64,000 bases of DNA from positions 61,558 to 125,557 of the forward strand of contig SVRY01000001.1 in the NCBI GenBank assembly GCA_015064585.1, given 5' to 3'. The DNA is from Oscillospiraceae bacterium (GTDB lineage: Bacteria; Bacillota; Clostridia; Oscillospirales; CAG-272). The position numbers were made by a program, and so were the translations under genes. Every line of letters starts with the position of its first letter. Position 1 is the stretch's first letter. Of this stretch, positions 25,797 to 35,244 are shown piece after piece. The notes below the pieces were generated by a model. The model ran no database searches and was not told the origin of the DNA. It saw only the letters and a list, made by a program, of their open reading frames with translations.

Positions 25797-25841
25797 TTTG
25801 TGATCGGTAAAAACCGCAAGCGAAATTATATCGTCTCACTC

Positions 25842-25870
25842 TTGACTTTTGGCTGCGTATTTGCTATAAT
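25842..25870 (+). promoter_or_regulatory. Near-consensus sigma-A promoter for soj-spo0J
   Basis: TTGACT (25842-25847), 17 nt, TATAAT (25865-25870). Confidence 0.6.
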
Positions 25871-25918
25871 ATTTTTATAGTTTCGTTGCGCAGAGCGCAC
25901 GGGAAGGAACAGAGAAAC

Positions 25919-26680
25919 GTGGGAAAAATCATTGCTTTTGCCAATCAAAAAGGCGGAATAGGAAAAACGACTTCTGCCATTAATATAGCCGCCAGTGTTG
26001 CGGCAACGGGCAAAAAAGTGCTTCTTGTTGACTGCGATCCCCAAGGAAACAGCTCCAGTGGGCTGGGAATCAATAAGAAAGCGCTGAAATTGTCAACATA
26101 TGATCTTTTGGTGGGGCGTTCAGATGCGTCGGGGGCGGTTGTCAACACTGCTTTTGAAAATTTGGATGTGATTCCGACCAATATATCGCTTGCGGGCGCT
26201 GAATTTGAATTGATTCAGCTGGATGACAGAGCGTTTCGCATGAAAAACAGTCTGGAGAGCTTGAAGGATACATACGATTATATTTTTATTGATTGTCCGC
26301 CATCCCTAGGCATACTTACGATCAATGCATTGGTGAGTTCTGACGGTGTGATCATCCCGATGCAATGCGAGTATTTTGCGTTAGAAGGATTGTCGCAACT
26401 GATGGTGACGGTACGAAAGATCAAAGAACTGTATAATCCTTCCCTTGAGATTACCGGCATACTGATTACGATGTATAACGGACGGCTGAATCTGTCTACG
26501 CAGGTGCTTGCAGAACTTAAGAAATATTATGCGGATAAATTGTTTAAAGAGCCCATTCCGCGCAGTGTGCGTCTGAGTGAGGCGCCAAGTTACGGTATGC
26601 CTATTACCTACTATGATAAAAATTCCAAGGGCGGCGAGGCGTATGCTGCGGTGGCGGCAGAGCTGATCCGACGGATATGA
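25919..26680 (+). CDS. soj: Chromosome partitioning ATPase ParA/Soj
   Basis: 253 aa from GTG 25919 (GGAAGGAA upstream). Deviant Walker [12 protein letters not shown]; DCDPQGN; IDCPPSLG. Confidence 0.92.
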   Translation: MGKIIAFANQKGGIGKTTSAINIAASVAATGKKVLLVDCDPQGNSSSGLGINKKALKLSTYDLLVGRSDASGAVVNTAFENLDVIPTNISLAGAEFELIQLDDRAFRMKNSLESLKDTYDYIFIDCPPSLGILTINALVSSDGVIIPMQCEYFALEGLSQLMVTVRKIKELYNPSLEITGILITMYNGRLNLSTQVLAELKKYYADKLFKEPIPRSVRLSEAPSYGMPITYYDKNSKGGEAYAAVAAELIRRI

Positions 26681-26689
26681 GGAGGCGCT

Positions 26690-27598
26690 ATGAGCAGTAA
26701 ATACGGCGGAAAATTCAGCGGACTGGGAAGAGGACTGGATTCGATTTTTGTAGAAAACACCGCGCCTGTTGGAAATGGTGTGACTATGTTGCGAATTACC
26801 GATCTGGAACCGAGAAAGAATCAGCCAAGAAAGGTGTTTGATAGGGAAGCGTTGCAGCAATTGGCGGATTCCATTGCCGCTCACGGAGTAATCCAACCTG
26901 TTGCGGTAAGAGAATCTACCGGCGGTTTTTATGAAATTATCGCAGGTGAACGCCGTTGGCGTGCCGCTAAAATGGCAGGATTATCGGAAATTCCGGCGGT
27001 GGTGTTAACGGCAGATGATCAGAAAACAGCCGAACTGGCGCTGATAGAAAATATTCAGCGCGAAGATTTGAATCCGATTGAAGAAGCAAAAGCTTATGAA
27101 AAGCTGTTAACCGAATATGGGCTTACCCAGGAAAAGCTTTCGCAAAGTGTGGGAAAAAGCCGCAGCAGTATTGCAAATTCTCTGCGTATTTTGGAACTGA
27201 CTCCCGAAGCACTGGATCTTTTGGCAAACGGAAAGATCAGTGTGGGACATGCGAAGGTGCTCTTGGGCTTGGAGGACCGTGACAGCATGGACCGTGTTGC
27301 CCAAGAAATTGCGGAAAATGAACTCAGTGTCAGAGAAACCGAATCCATCGTCAAAAAACTGAATCGATCGGTTACATTGACACCGCCTGAAGTGATTGAT
27401 GAAGAACTGCCGGCACTGCCCAAAGTGGATTATGTGGCTGAATTGGAGAGCAGAGTCTCTACCAGATTGGGCAGACGTGTAAAAATCATGGGAAAAGGGA
27501 AGAGTAAACGCATTGAATTGTATTTTGAAGACAATGAAGACCTGGAAGAACTATTGATGAAGGTCTGCGGTAAAGATATTTTTAACGACGATATTTGA
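26690..27598 (+). CDS. spo0J: Chromosome partitioning protein ParB/Spo0J
   Basis: 302 aa: GLGRGLDSI, NQPRKVF, GVIQPVAVR, IIAGERRWRAAKMAG, and the HTH LTQEKLSQSVGKSRSSIANSLR. Confidence 0.92.
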   Translation: MSSKYGGKFSGLGRGLDSIFVENTAPVGNGVTMLRITDLEPRKNQPRKVFDREALQQLADSIAAHGVIQPVAVRESTGGFYEIIAGERRWRAAKMAGLSEIPAVVLTADDQKTAELALIENIQREDLNPIEEAKAYEKLLTEYGLTQEKLSQSVGKSRSSIANSLRILELTPEALDLLANGKISVGHAKVLLGLEDRDSMDRVAQEIAENELSVRETESIVKKLNRSVTLTPPEVIDEELPALPKVDYVAELESRVSTRLGRRVKIMGKGKSKRIELYFEDNEDLEELLMKVCGKDIFNDDI

Positions 27599-27638
27599 GG
27601 AAATATTATATATCCCCCGAGAAAGGAAGTTTATTACT

Positions 27639-28928
27639 ATGTTAGATATCAAATTGATCAAAGAAACCCCTGATGCTGTTAAAGCGGGTCTGCGCGCAAA
27701 AGAAGTGGATTGCGATGCGACCATTGATCGTATTCTGGAACTGGATGAAGCACGCCGTGCATTGATCGCATCCACCGAGGAGCGCAAGGCGCGTCAGAAC
27801 AAAGTGTCCAAAGAAATTCCTCTTTTGAAAAAGCAGGGAAAGGATGTAGCGCCGATTTTTGCGGAAATGGCTGAATTGAAAGCAGGTATTGCGGAAGATG
27901 CCGTTAAATTGGACGCGGTGATGGCAGAGTATCGTTCTTTGATGCTGAGTCTTCCGAATTTGCCCGATGCCGACCTTTTGCCCGGCGGAAAAGAAAACAA
28001 TCAGCCTTTGCGCTATGTTGGGGAAAAGCCTGTATTTGATTTTGAGCCGAAGCATCATGTGGATCTTTGCCAAGGCTTGGGTCTTATCGATTATGAACGC
28101 GGTGTCAAATTGGCAGGTGCAGGCAACTGGATGTACACCGGTATGGGTGCACGTTTGGAATGGGCGCTGCTGAACTATTTTATTGATACGCACACTGCAG
28201 ACGGCTATGATTTTATTTTGCCTCCTCATATGTTGGAATATATGTGCGGTGAAACAGCGGGGCAGTTCCCCAAATTTGCCGATGAAGTATACAAGATTGC
28301 CAATCCCACGGATGACCGTATTCACTACATGCTTCCCACTGCAGAAGCAGCACTTTGCTCCATTTACCGTGATGAAATTGTCCCTGAGGCGGATCTTCCC
28401 AAGAAACTGTTTGCATACACCCCCTGTTTCCGTCGTGAAGCAGGCTCCCACCGTGCGGATGAGCGCGGAATGGTACGCGGTCACCAGTTTAACAAAGTGG
28501 AAATGTTCCAATTCTGCCGTCCCGAAGATTCGGATGCGGCATTTGAAGAACTGGTAACCAAAGCGGAAAAATTGGTGGAAGGCCTTGGGTTCCATTTCCG
28601 TACGGTGAAGTTGGCGGCGGGCGACTGCTCAGCTTCCATGGCACGAACCTATGATATTGAGATTTTGATTCCTTCTATGGATGGCTATAAAGAAGTATCT
28701 TCTGTATCCAATGCCAGAGATTATCAGGCACGCCGCGGTAACATCCGTTTCCGCCGTGAATCTACCGGAAAGCCTGAGTTCTTGCATACACTGAACGGCT
28801 CGGGCTTGGCAACATCCCGTATATTCCCGGCGCTTGTTGAGCAAAATCAAATGGCAGACGGTTCTGTAAAAGTGCCTGAAGTGTTGCAAAAGTATTTGGG
28901 ATGCGAAGTAATTCGCAAAACAAAATAA
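27639..28928 (+). CDS. serS: Seryl-tRNA synthetase
   Basis: 429 aa. MLDIKLIKE... coiled-coil arm, then class II motifs (FRREAGS...RGMVRGHQFNKVE, GSGLATSR). Confidence 0.95.
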   Translation: MLDIKLIKETPDAVKAGLRAKEVDCDATIDRILELDEARRALIASTEERKARQNKVSKEIPLLKKQGKDVAPIFAEMAELKAGIAEDAVKLDAVMAEYRSLMLSLPNLPDADLLPGGKENNQPLRYVGEKPVFDFEPKHHVDLCQGLGLIDYERGVKLAGAGNWMYTGMGARLEWALLNYFIDTHTADGYDFILPPHMLEYMCGETAGQFPKFADEVYKIANPTDDRIHYMLPTAEAALCSIYRDEIVPEADLPKKLFAYTPCFRREAGSHRADERGMVRGHQFNKVEMFQFCRPEDSDAAFEELVTKAEKLVEGLGFHFRTVKLAAGDCSASMARTYDIEILIPSMDGYKEVSSVSNARDYQARRGNIRFRRESTGKPEFLHTLNGSGLATSRIFPALVEQNQMADGSVKVPEVLQKYLGCEVIRKTK

Positions 28929-28950
28929 AAAATACAGGAAGGGTTAATGT

Positions 28951-29466
28951 ATGAGTTTAATGGAAGTATTGCGGGAGGCTAAGGGCGGTGTTACCCCCGA
29001 GCTTGTGATCTGGGCATTATTTTTCGGCTTTTCGTTGGCGCTTGTATTTGCCTTGTTTAGCAAGCGCTATATGGGAAAATTCGTGCATACCCTTCTTTCC
29101 GAAAAGATCGACAGCCCGGAAAAAGCCAAAACACTGAAGGAACTCGGCTATGGTAATAACATATTTGTTCGCATGGCTCTTGTGGGGAAAACAGCCTATT
29201 CTGGGTTGATTTTTGAGAAAAATGAAGCGGTGGGAATTCATGGCAACTCGGTAGTGCCGATCATTCGTTATAAGATCGATTATGCCTCGGCGCGGTTTTA
29301 TATACCGAAAGTATTGATGCCCAGAGCTGCTATCCGCTACGAGAAAAAAGGAACACATATAGTGGCGCTGTTAGTTGGCGTGGCAGTGTTTTTTTTGCTT
29401 GCCATGTTGGCAATCTATTACTATCCCACTGTAGAATCTTTTATTCGGGAAACAATTGTTCAATAA
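28951..29466 (+). CDS. Hypothetical membrane protein (2 predicted TM segments)
   Basis: 171 aa with a GGAAGGG RBS. Hydrophobic segments LVIWALFFGFSLALVFALF and IVALLVGVAVFFLLAMLAIYYY. I recognise no family. Confidence 0.55.
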   Translation: MSLMEVLREAKGGVTPELVIWALFFGFSLALVFALFSKRYMGKFVHTLLSEKIDSPEKAKTLKELGYGNNIFVRMALVGKTAYSGLIFEKNEAVGIHGNSVVPIIRYKIDYASARFYIPKVLMPRAAIRYEKKGTHIVALLVGVAVFFLLAMLAIYYYPTVESFIRETIVQ

Positions 29467-29478
29467 GGGAGACCAAAA

Positions 29479-30363
29479 ATGGGTGTTGCGAATAAAAAAC
29501 CAAAAAGTTATTTGGCACGTTTTTGGGTGCTGATCGTTGCCGTAGCGATACTGTTATTGGCAGGTACACTGGCGATTCTGTATTTTGGCCAAGGCTATCG
29601 TATTGTCAGTTATCAATTTGAGACGGAAGGAAATGACGAGATTACTAAAATATATGCGGTTGTGCGTGTGGATGCGAAAGGCGATATGTTTTCCGGCACT
29701 GCGTGGTGCAGTGATGGAACGGAATTTACCTTGAAGCGTCTTAGCGACGAATATTATAAAGTTGCATATGACAATGGGGATGTTTACTACGGAGGACTTG
29801 AAAGCCTGCAGAAAAGCGGCACCGGACGTATGCAACTGGCGAACGGCGATGTGTATGAAGGAACTTTTTCTTATGATGTACCGTGGGGCGAAGGGGAGTA
29901 CCGATATTTTAACGGCGATGTTTATACGGGAAGCTTTTATCACGGAAAGAAAAGCGGAGAAGGTGTGTACACCTGGGCTGAAGTGGAAGGAGAAGTGCAG
30001 CGAAAATACGAAGGCGGCTTTTCCAACGATATGCGTAACGGATATGGTGTATACTACTATGCCAATGGTTCTGTGTATCAAGGATTTTTTTTGAATGATT
30101 TGAAGTCGGATACCAATGGGACTTTGCTGATCAAAAACAAAGACGGCACTGAAGATATCTATGTTGGAGGATTTGCCAAGGATGTTAAGGAAGGCTACGG
30201 AGAATACCGCTGGAGCAGCGGCGCTGTTTACGCAGGTGATTTTTCCGGTGATGTGATGGAAGGGCAGGGTACTTATACATGGCCTGACGGTATTCACAGC
30301 TATCAAGGTACCTTTCAAAACAATAAGCCGTATATCGAATCCGAAGGGGAAGAATCTGATTAA
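29479..30363 (+). CDS. Membrane-anchored MORN-repeat protein
   Basis: 294 aa. N-terminal TM (FWVLIVAVAILLLAGTLAILYF), followed by about 8 repeats of the YxGxxxxGxxxGxG type (GDVYEGTF..., GDVYTGSFYHGKKSGEGVY..., GSVYQGFF..., GAVYAGDF...). Confidence 0.75.
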   Translation: MGVANKKPKSYLARFWVLIVAVAILLLAGTLAILYFGQGYRIVSYQFETEGNDEITKIYAVVRVDAKGDMFSGTAWCSDGTEFTLKRLSDEYYKVAYDNGDVYYGGLESLQKSGTGRMQLANGDVYEGTFSYDVPWGEGEYRYFNGDVYTGSFYHGKKSGEGVYTWAEVEGEVQRKYEGGFSNDMRNGYGVYYYANGSVYQGFFLNDLKSDTNGTLLIKNKDGTEDIYVGGFAKDVKEGYGEYRWSSGAVYAGDFSGDVMEGQGTYTWPDGIHSYQGTFQNNKPYIESEGEESD

Positions 30364-30373
30364 ATACAATCTG

Positions 30374-30405
30374 TTTGGGAGTTGCCGTTGGCAACTCCCA
30401 AATTT
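30374..30405 (+). terminator. Hairpin, possible weak terminator or attenuator before polA
   Basis: Perfect 13-bp stem TTTGGGAGTTGCC / GGCAACTCCCAAA with a 3-nt loop, but only a TTT tract follows. Confidence 0.45.
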
Positions 30406-30423
30406 AAAAAAGAGAGGAAACAC

Positions 30424-32949
30424 ATGAAAACTCTGCTGGTAGTGGATGGAAACAGTATTATCAATCGCGCATTTTACGGTGTAAAGCCATTGACCAATAA
30501 AAATGGACAGCAGACCGGTGCCGTATTTGGTATGCTGAATATTATATTATCACATATGGAACGTTTGATGCCCGATTATGCAGCGGTGGCATTCGATATG
30601 CGTCATCCTACATTCCGCCATGCGATGTATGATGGTTATAAAGGCAATCGCAAAGGAATGCCGGAGGAACTTGCCTCGCAGCTGCCCTATGCCCGTCGGG
30701 CGCTTGCCGGCTTGGGCTTTACTCTTTTGGAAAAAGAGACTTATGAGGCGGATGATATTTTGGGTACTCTTGCCCGTATGTCGGAAGAATCGGGCGATTG
30801 TCGCTGCTACTTGCTGACAGGTGATAAAGACAGCTTGCAATTGATTTCCGATACCACGTCGGTTTTGTTGGCAGGCAATAGCGAGACTGTGCTGTATGAT
30901 AAGGCGAAGTTTTTTGAAAAATACGGAATTGATTCGGATATTTTTGTGGATCTCAAAGCACTGATGGGGGACACTTCCGATTGCATTCCCGGTGTACCCG
31001 GGGTTGGTGAGAAAACTGCGCTGAAATTACTCATGGAATATGGATCGCTTGACGAAATATTTGCGCATAAAGAAGATTCTTCTCTCAAGCCTGCACTGAA
31101 AAATAAGTTGGCAGAAGGTGAAAAATTGGCATATCTTTCCAAGGATTTGGCAAAGATATGTCGCGAAGTTCCGTTGGATATCCCTCTTACGGAATTACGG
31201 TGCCGCGGAAACGATCCTGCAATACTGCTGCCGCTGTTTACCGAACTTGAATTTAGTTCATTTATAAAAAGATTGTCGTTGGATCAGGTGCGTGAGTCTG
31301 AAAAAACAGAGAAACAATCAGAATTTCCCTGCGAAACCTTATCGGAAGGTGCATTGCTTGCATTGCCGACCGATAGGGAATATGCGGCTGTTATGAGTGA
31401 AAATTCATTGGAATTGTTTGACGGCAAATCGCTATATAGTTGTTCTTTTTCGCAATTGTCGGATATTGTTGGATTTTTTGATAAAAACCGAAAAATAGTT
31501 TTGTTCGATTCTAAATTGCTTTGGCGTGCACTGCTTGCACAAGGGCTTACCGATCTTCCTTTGGCAGAGGATTGTTCCCTTGCGGCGTATGTGTTAAATG
31601 CTTCCGAGGGGGACTATACTTTTTCCAGGCTAAATCTTGCATATTTGGGCAAGAGCGAGGAAACAGAAAACGCACAAAGTGTCTGGCATTTATGGCAAGC
31701 ACTCTTGGCTAAACTTGAGAGTGAGAATGTTTTGACACTTTACAAAGAAGTGGAACTGCCGCTGTCTTATACACTTGCCCGTATGGAGCATACAGGCTTC
31801 CGTGTGGACAGAGAGGGCTTGGAGGCATATTCGAAGCAGCTTGCTAAAATGAGCGAAGAATACGCCGCATCCATTTATCAATTGGCAGACGGCGAATTCA
31901 ATATCAATTCGCCCAAGCAATTGGGGGAGGTTTTGTTTGAAAAACTGGGGTTGCCTGCCCTCAAAAAGACCAAAAGCGGATATTCTACCAATGCTGAGGT
32001 GCTTGAAAAGCTTCGCCCTTATCATCCGATCATTCCTTTGATTTTTGAGTACCGCAAGGTAACAAAACTGCGTTCGACATATACCGAGGGGCTTTTGCGC
32101 GTAGCGGATACCGATGGCGTTGTGCATACCTGTTTCCGTCAGACCGGTACTGCCACGGGCAGATTGTCTTCCAGTGAGCCCAACCTGCAAAATATCCCCA
32201 TCCGAACTGAAATGGGTCATGAATTGCGGCGATACTTTTTGCCCTCCGCCCCCGGTCGGGTATTGGTGGATGCAGACTATTCGCAGATTGAACTGCGCAT
32301 TTTGGCGCATATGGCAAAGGAAGAAACCATGCTGGAAGCCTTTCGACTGGGAGTGGATATCCATACAGTCACTGCTTCGCAGGTGTTCGGATGCATGCCT
32401 GAGCTGGTAACAACGGAAATGCGAAAACGGGCAAAAGCGGTAAATTTTGGCATTATATACGGTATTTCCGATTTTTCATTGGCGGGAGATATTGGAGTAT
32501 CCAAGCAGCAGGCGGGACAATATATCAAAAGCTATTTTGCCACATATCCCGGTATTCGCGCATTTATGGACGGTACGGTGGCACAGGCAAAGGAGTGCGG
32601 TTATACCGAGACAATGCTGGGCAGACGCCGTTATATCCCCGAGCTTGCTTCCGGCAAAGCAATGCTGCGTGCATTTGGCGAGAGAGTGGCAATGAACAGC
32701 CCGATTCAGGGAAGTGCTGCCGATATTATCAAATTGGCGATGTTGCGCACCGAAAAAGCATTGCAGGAAGCAAAACTGGACGCTAAGCTGATTTTACAGG
32801 TGCACGATGAACTGGTGGTCGACGCATCAGCTAAGGATGCGGAACAGGTTGCTGAAATATTAAAGCGAGAGATGGAAAGTGCATTGCAGCTTTCTGTACC
32901 GCTGACTGTTGAGCTTTCCATTGGAAGCAACTGGTATGAGAATAAGTAA
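30424..32949 (+). CDS. polA: DNA polymerase I
   Basis: 841 aa from ATG 30424 (AGAGGAA RBS). 5' nuclease (LLVVDGNSIINRAFYG), and polymerase motifs A (DYSQIELR), B (RRRAKAVNFGIIYG) and C (QVHDE). Confidence 0.95.
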   Translation: MKTLLVVDGNSIINRAFYGVKPLTNKNGQQTGAVFGMLNIILSHMERLMPDYAAVAFDMRHPTFRHAMYDGYKGNRKGMPEELASQLPYARRALAGLGFTLLEKETYEADDILGTLARMSEESGDCRCYLLTGDKDSLQLISDTTSVLLAGNSETVLYDKAKFFEKYGIDSDIFVDLKALMGDTSDCIPGVPGVGEKTALKLLMEYGSLDEIFAHKEDSSLKPALKNKLAEGEKLAYLSKDLAKICREVPLDIPLTELRCRGNDPAILLPLFTELEFSSFIKRLSLDQVRESEKTEKQSEFPCETLSEGALLALPTDREYAAVMSENSLELFDGKSLYSCSFSQLSDIVGFFDKNRKIVLFDSKLLWRALLAQGLTDLPLAEDCSLAAYVLNASEGDYTFSRLNLAYLGKSEETENAQSVWHLWQALLAKLESENVLTLYKEVELPLSYTLARMEHTGFRVDREGLEAYSKQLAKMSEEYAASIYQLADGEFNINSPKQLGEVLFEKLGLPALKKTKSGYSTNAEVLEKLRPYHPIIPLIFEYRKVTKLRSTYTEGLLRVADTDGVVHTCFRQTGTATGRLSSSEPNLQNIPIRTEMGHELRRYFLPSAPGRVLVDADYSQIELRILAHMAKEETMLEAFRLGVDIHTVTASQVFGCMPELVTTEMRKRAKAVNFGIIYGISDFSLAGDIGVSKQQAGQYIKSYFATYPGIRAFMDGTVAQAKECGYTETMLGRRRYIPELASGKAMLRAFGERVAMNSPIQGSAADIIKLAMLRTEKALQEAKLDAKLILQVHDELVVDASAKDAEQVAEILKREMESALQLSVPLTVELSIGSNWYENK

Positions 32950-32951
32950 AG

Positions 32952-32986
32952 AAAAATCCAAGATCGCCTTCGATCTTGGATTTTTT
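32952..32986. terminator. Bidirectional terminator between convergent polA and ftsH
   Basis: AAAAATCCAAGATCG, CCTT loop, CGATCTTGGATTTTT. Confidence 0.75.
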
Positions 32987-33008
32987 GATGGTTTGAGATA
33001 TCGTTCAA

Positions 33009-35150
33009 TTATTGGGTATCTTCGTCATGAGAGTTGTCTTGATTGAATTCGCGACGCAGACGATCACGGTACTGCTCTGCCTCGGAATCAGTATCGCTAT
33101 TGTCGGGAGCGATTTTGTCTTCCTTGGTGTCATCATGATCGGTTTGCAGATCTGCTTTAAAGTCACGCCGCAATTGATCACGGTAATCCTTATCCTGCTC
33201 ATCGTGACGCATATTTTTCTTTTTTTGTTCTTCTTCGTCACGTTTGCGCTTTGCTTCGTTTTCTTCTTCGCTGATCTTGCGTTTTTCGGCAACCATTTCG
33301 TCCAGTTCTTCGTAGGTGATATCGTCTCTTTCCATTGCTGCCTTGAACTGATTTTCATCCATAGTTTCGTACTTCATTAAGAAGCCGGCAATGAAATGGA
33401 GCTTTTCCATGTGTTGCTGCAGATATTCGGTACAACGCTTGTATGCTTCGTCGATCAATGTGCGAATTTCATCGTCAATGGCAGCTGCGGTCTTTTCAGA
33501 GAAGTTTTTGCCGCTGGAGAAGTCTCTTCCCAAGAACACTTCGTCATTGGTGTGCTCGGATCCGTAAAGTACAGTACCCAGTTTTTCGCTCATACCGTAG
33601 CGGGTGACCATGTCGCGGGCAACGGCTGTGGCGTGTTGGATGTCGCTGGAGGCGCCGGTGGAAATATCATCCATAACAAGCATTTCGGCAACGCGTCCGC
33701 CAAGATCCACAACAATGTGGTCAAACATTTGTCCCTTGGTCTGACCCAAACGGTCATGCTCGGGAACCATTAAGGTAACGCCGCCGGTGTTGCCTGCGGG
33801 AATGGTGGTGATATGCTTGACGGGGTCGGTAGTGGGACAGCAGTGGCAAGCAATGGCGTGACCGGTCTCGTGGTATGCTACCAGCTTGATGTCGCGTTCG
33901 GTGCGTACCTTGTTGCGTTTTTGAGGACCGAGCAGGATCTTCATATAGGATTCTTCGATATCGTTCATACCGATCAGAGTCTTTGCTTTACGGGCAGAGA
34001 GCAGTGCTGCTTCGTTTAAGAGATTGGCAAGGTCAGCCCCTGTGAAACCAACAGTCATCTGCGCGATCTTTTTCAGATCAACTGTTTTTTCCATAGGCTT
34101 TTTGCGGCTGTGAACCCGCAAAATAGCTTCTCTGCCGCGGATATCGGGATAATTTACAGTTACCTGGCGGTCAAATCTTCCGGGACGCAGGAGAGCGGGG
34201 TCAAGAACGTCGGGACGGTTGGTAGCGGCAATCACGATGGTGCCTTCGCAACCTACAAAGCCATCCATTTCCACCAACAGTTGGTTCAGGGTTTGCTCTC
34301 TCTCGTCATGTCCGCCGCCAAGACCTGTGCCGCGGCGACGTCCGACAGCGTCAATTTCATCGATAAAGATAATGCTCGATTTGTTTTTGCGTGCGGTATC
34401 AAACAGGTCGCGTACACGGGATGCACCCACGCCCACATACATTTCCACAAAGTCTGAACCGGAAATGGAGTAGAAGGGAACATCTGCTTCGCCTGCAACT
34501 GCTTTGGCAAGCAGTGTTTTACCGGTACCGGGAGGGCCCACCAACAAAACGCCGTGCGGAATTTTAGCACCGAGTTTTTCATATCTGCCGGGATTTTTTA
34601 GAAATTCAACAATTTCCTGCAGCTCTTCTTTTTCTTCATCCGCACCGGCTACGTCGGAAAAATAAACACGTTCGCCGGAATCACCAATGGTTTTGGCTTT
34701 GGATCTGCCAAAGCTGCTGGCGCCGCCTTTGCCGGATGCTTGACGCTGTACATAGAAGAAGAGTGCAATGCCGAGAGCGAGCAGAATGATGGTGGGAAGC
34801 ATGCTGACCCACCAAGGAATGGTGGTGGGTTCTTTGAAGTTAAAGGTAATTTGTCCTTTCTCGTCGCCGATGTTGCCGTTTAGGTATACATTATAAATGT
34901 GTTCGTTAAAGAATTCTTCGGTGACGGTAAAGACGTATTCTTTACCGTCGGATGTTTTTACCGTGAGTTCATCACTGTAATTGTCCATTTCGCATTCTTT
35001 AACTTTGCCGTCGGCGAAAAGTTTCAGTAGGTCATCGGTTTTTTTATCTTCGCCGCCCATGTTGCCCACAAGCAGGGCAATTACGGCAATGATAATAACG
35101 ATGGAAACGGCATAGAGCAGTAGCCGTTTGATCCAACCGTTGTCTTTCAT
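33009..35150 (-). CDS. ftsH: ATP-dependent zinc metalloprotease FtsH, with an extended charged C-terminal tail
   Basis: 713 aa from ATG 35150 (AAGGAGG RBS). Walker A GPPGTGKT, Walker [15 protein letters not shown] zinc site. The track's extension to 35318 overlaps the tilS 3' end and is rejected. Confidence 0.95.
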   Translation of the reverse strand: MKDNGWIKRLLLYAVSIVIIIAVIALLVGNMGGEDKKTDDLLKLFADGKVKECEMDNYSDELTVKTSDGKEYVFTVTEEFFNEHIYNVYLNGNIGDEKGQITFNFKEPTTIPWWVSMLPTIILLALGIALFFYVQRQASGKGGASSFGRSKAKTIGDSGERVYFSDVAGADEEKEELQEIVEFLKNPGRYEKLGAKIPHGVLLVGPPGTGKTLLAKAVAGEADVPFYSISGSDFVEMYVGVGASRVRDLFDTARKNKSSIIFIDEIDAVGRRRGTGLGGGHDEREQTLNQLLVEMDGFVGCEGTIVIAATNRPDVLDPALLRPGRFDRQVTVNYPDIRGREAILRVHSRKKPMEKTVDLKKIAQMTVGFTGADLANLLNEAALLSARKAKTLIGMNDIEESYMKILLGPQKRNKVRTERDIKLVAYHETGHAIACHCCPTTDPVKHITTIPAGNTGGVTLMVPEHDRLGQTKGQMFDHIVVDLGGRVAEMLVMDDISTGASSDIQHATAVARDMVTRYGMSEKLGTVLYGSEHTNDEVFLGRDFSSGKNFSEKTAAAIDDEIRTLIDEAYKRCTEYLQQHMEKLHFIAGFLMKYETMDENQFKAAMERDDITYEELDEMVAEKRKISEEENEAKRKRDEEEQKKKNMRHDEQDKDYRDQLRRDFKADLQTDHDDTKEDKIAPDNSDTDSEAEQYRDRLRREFNQDNSHDEDTQ

Positions 35151-35244
35151 AGGTTCCTCCTTGTTTCCGCGGATCTTGCCGGGATGCTTTGTATAGTATA
35201 GGACGATTTTCCAAATAAAATGCAAAACATAAAAAAGTATGCAT

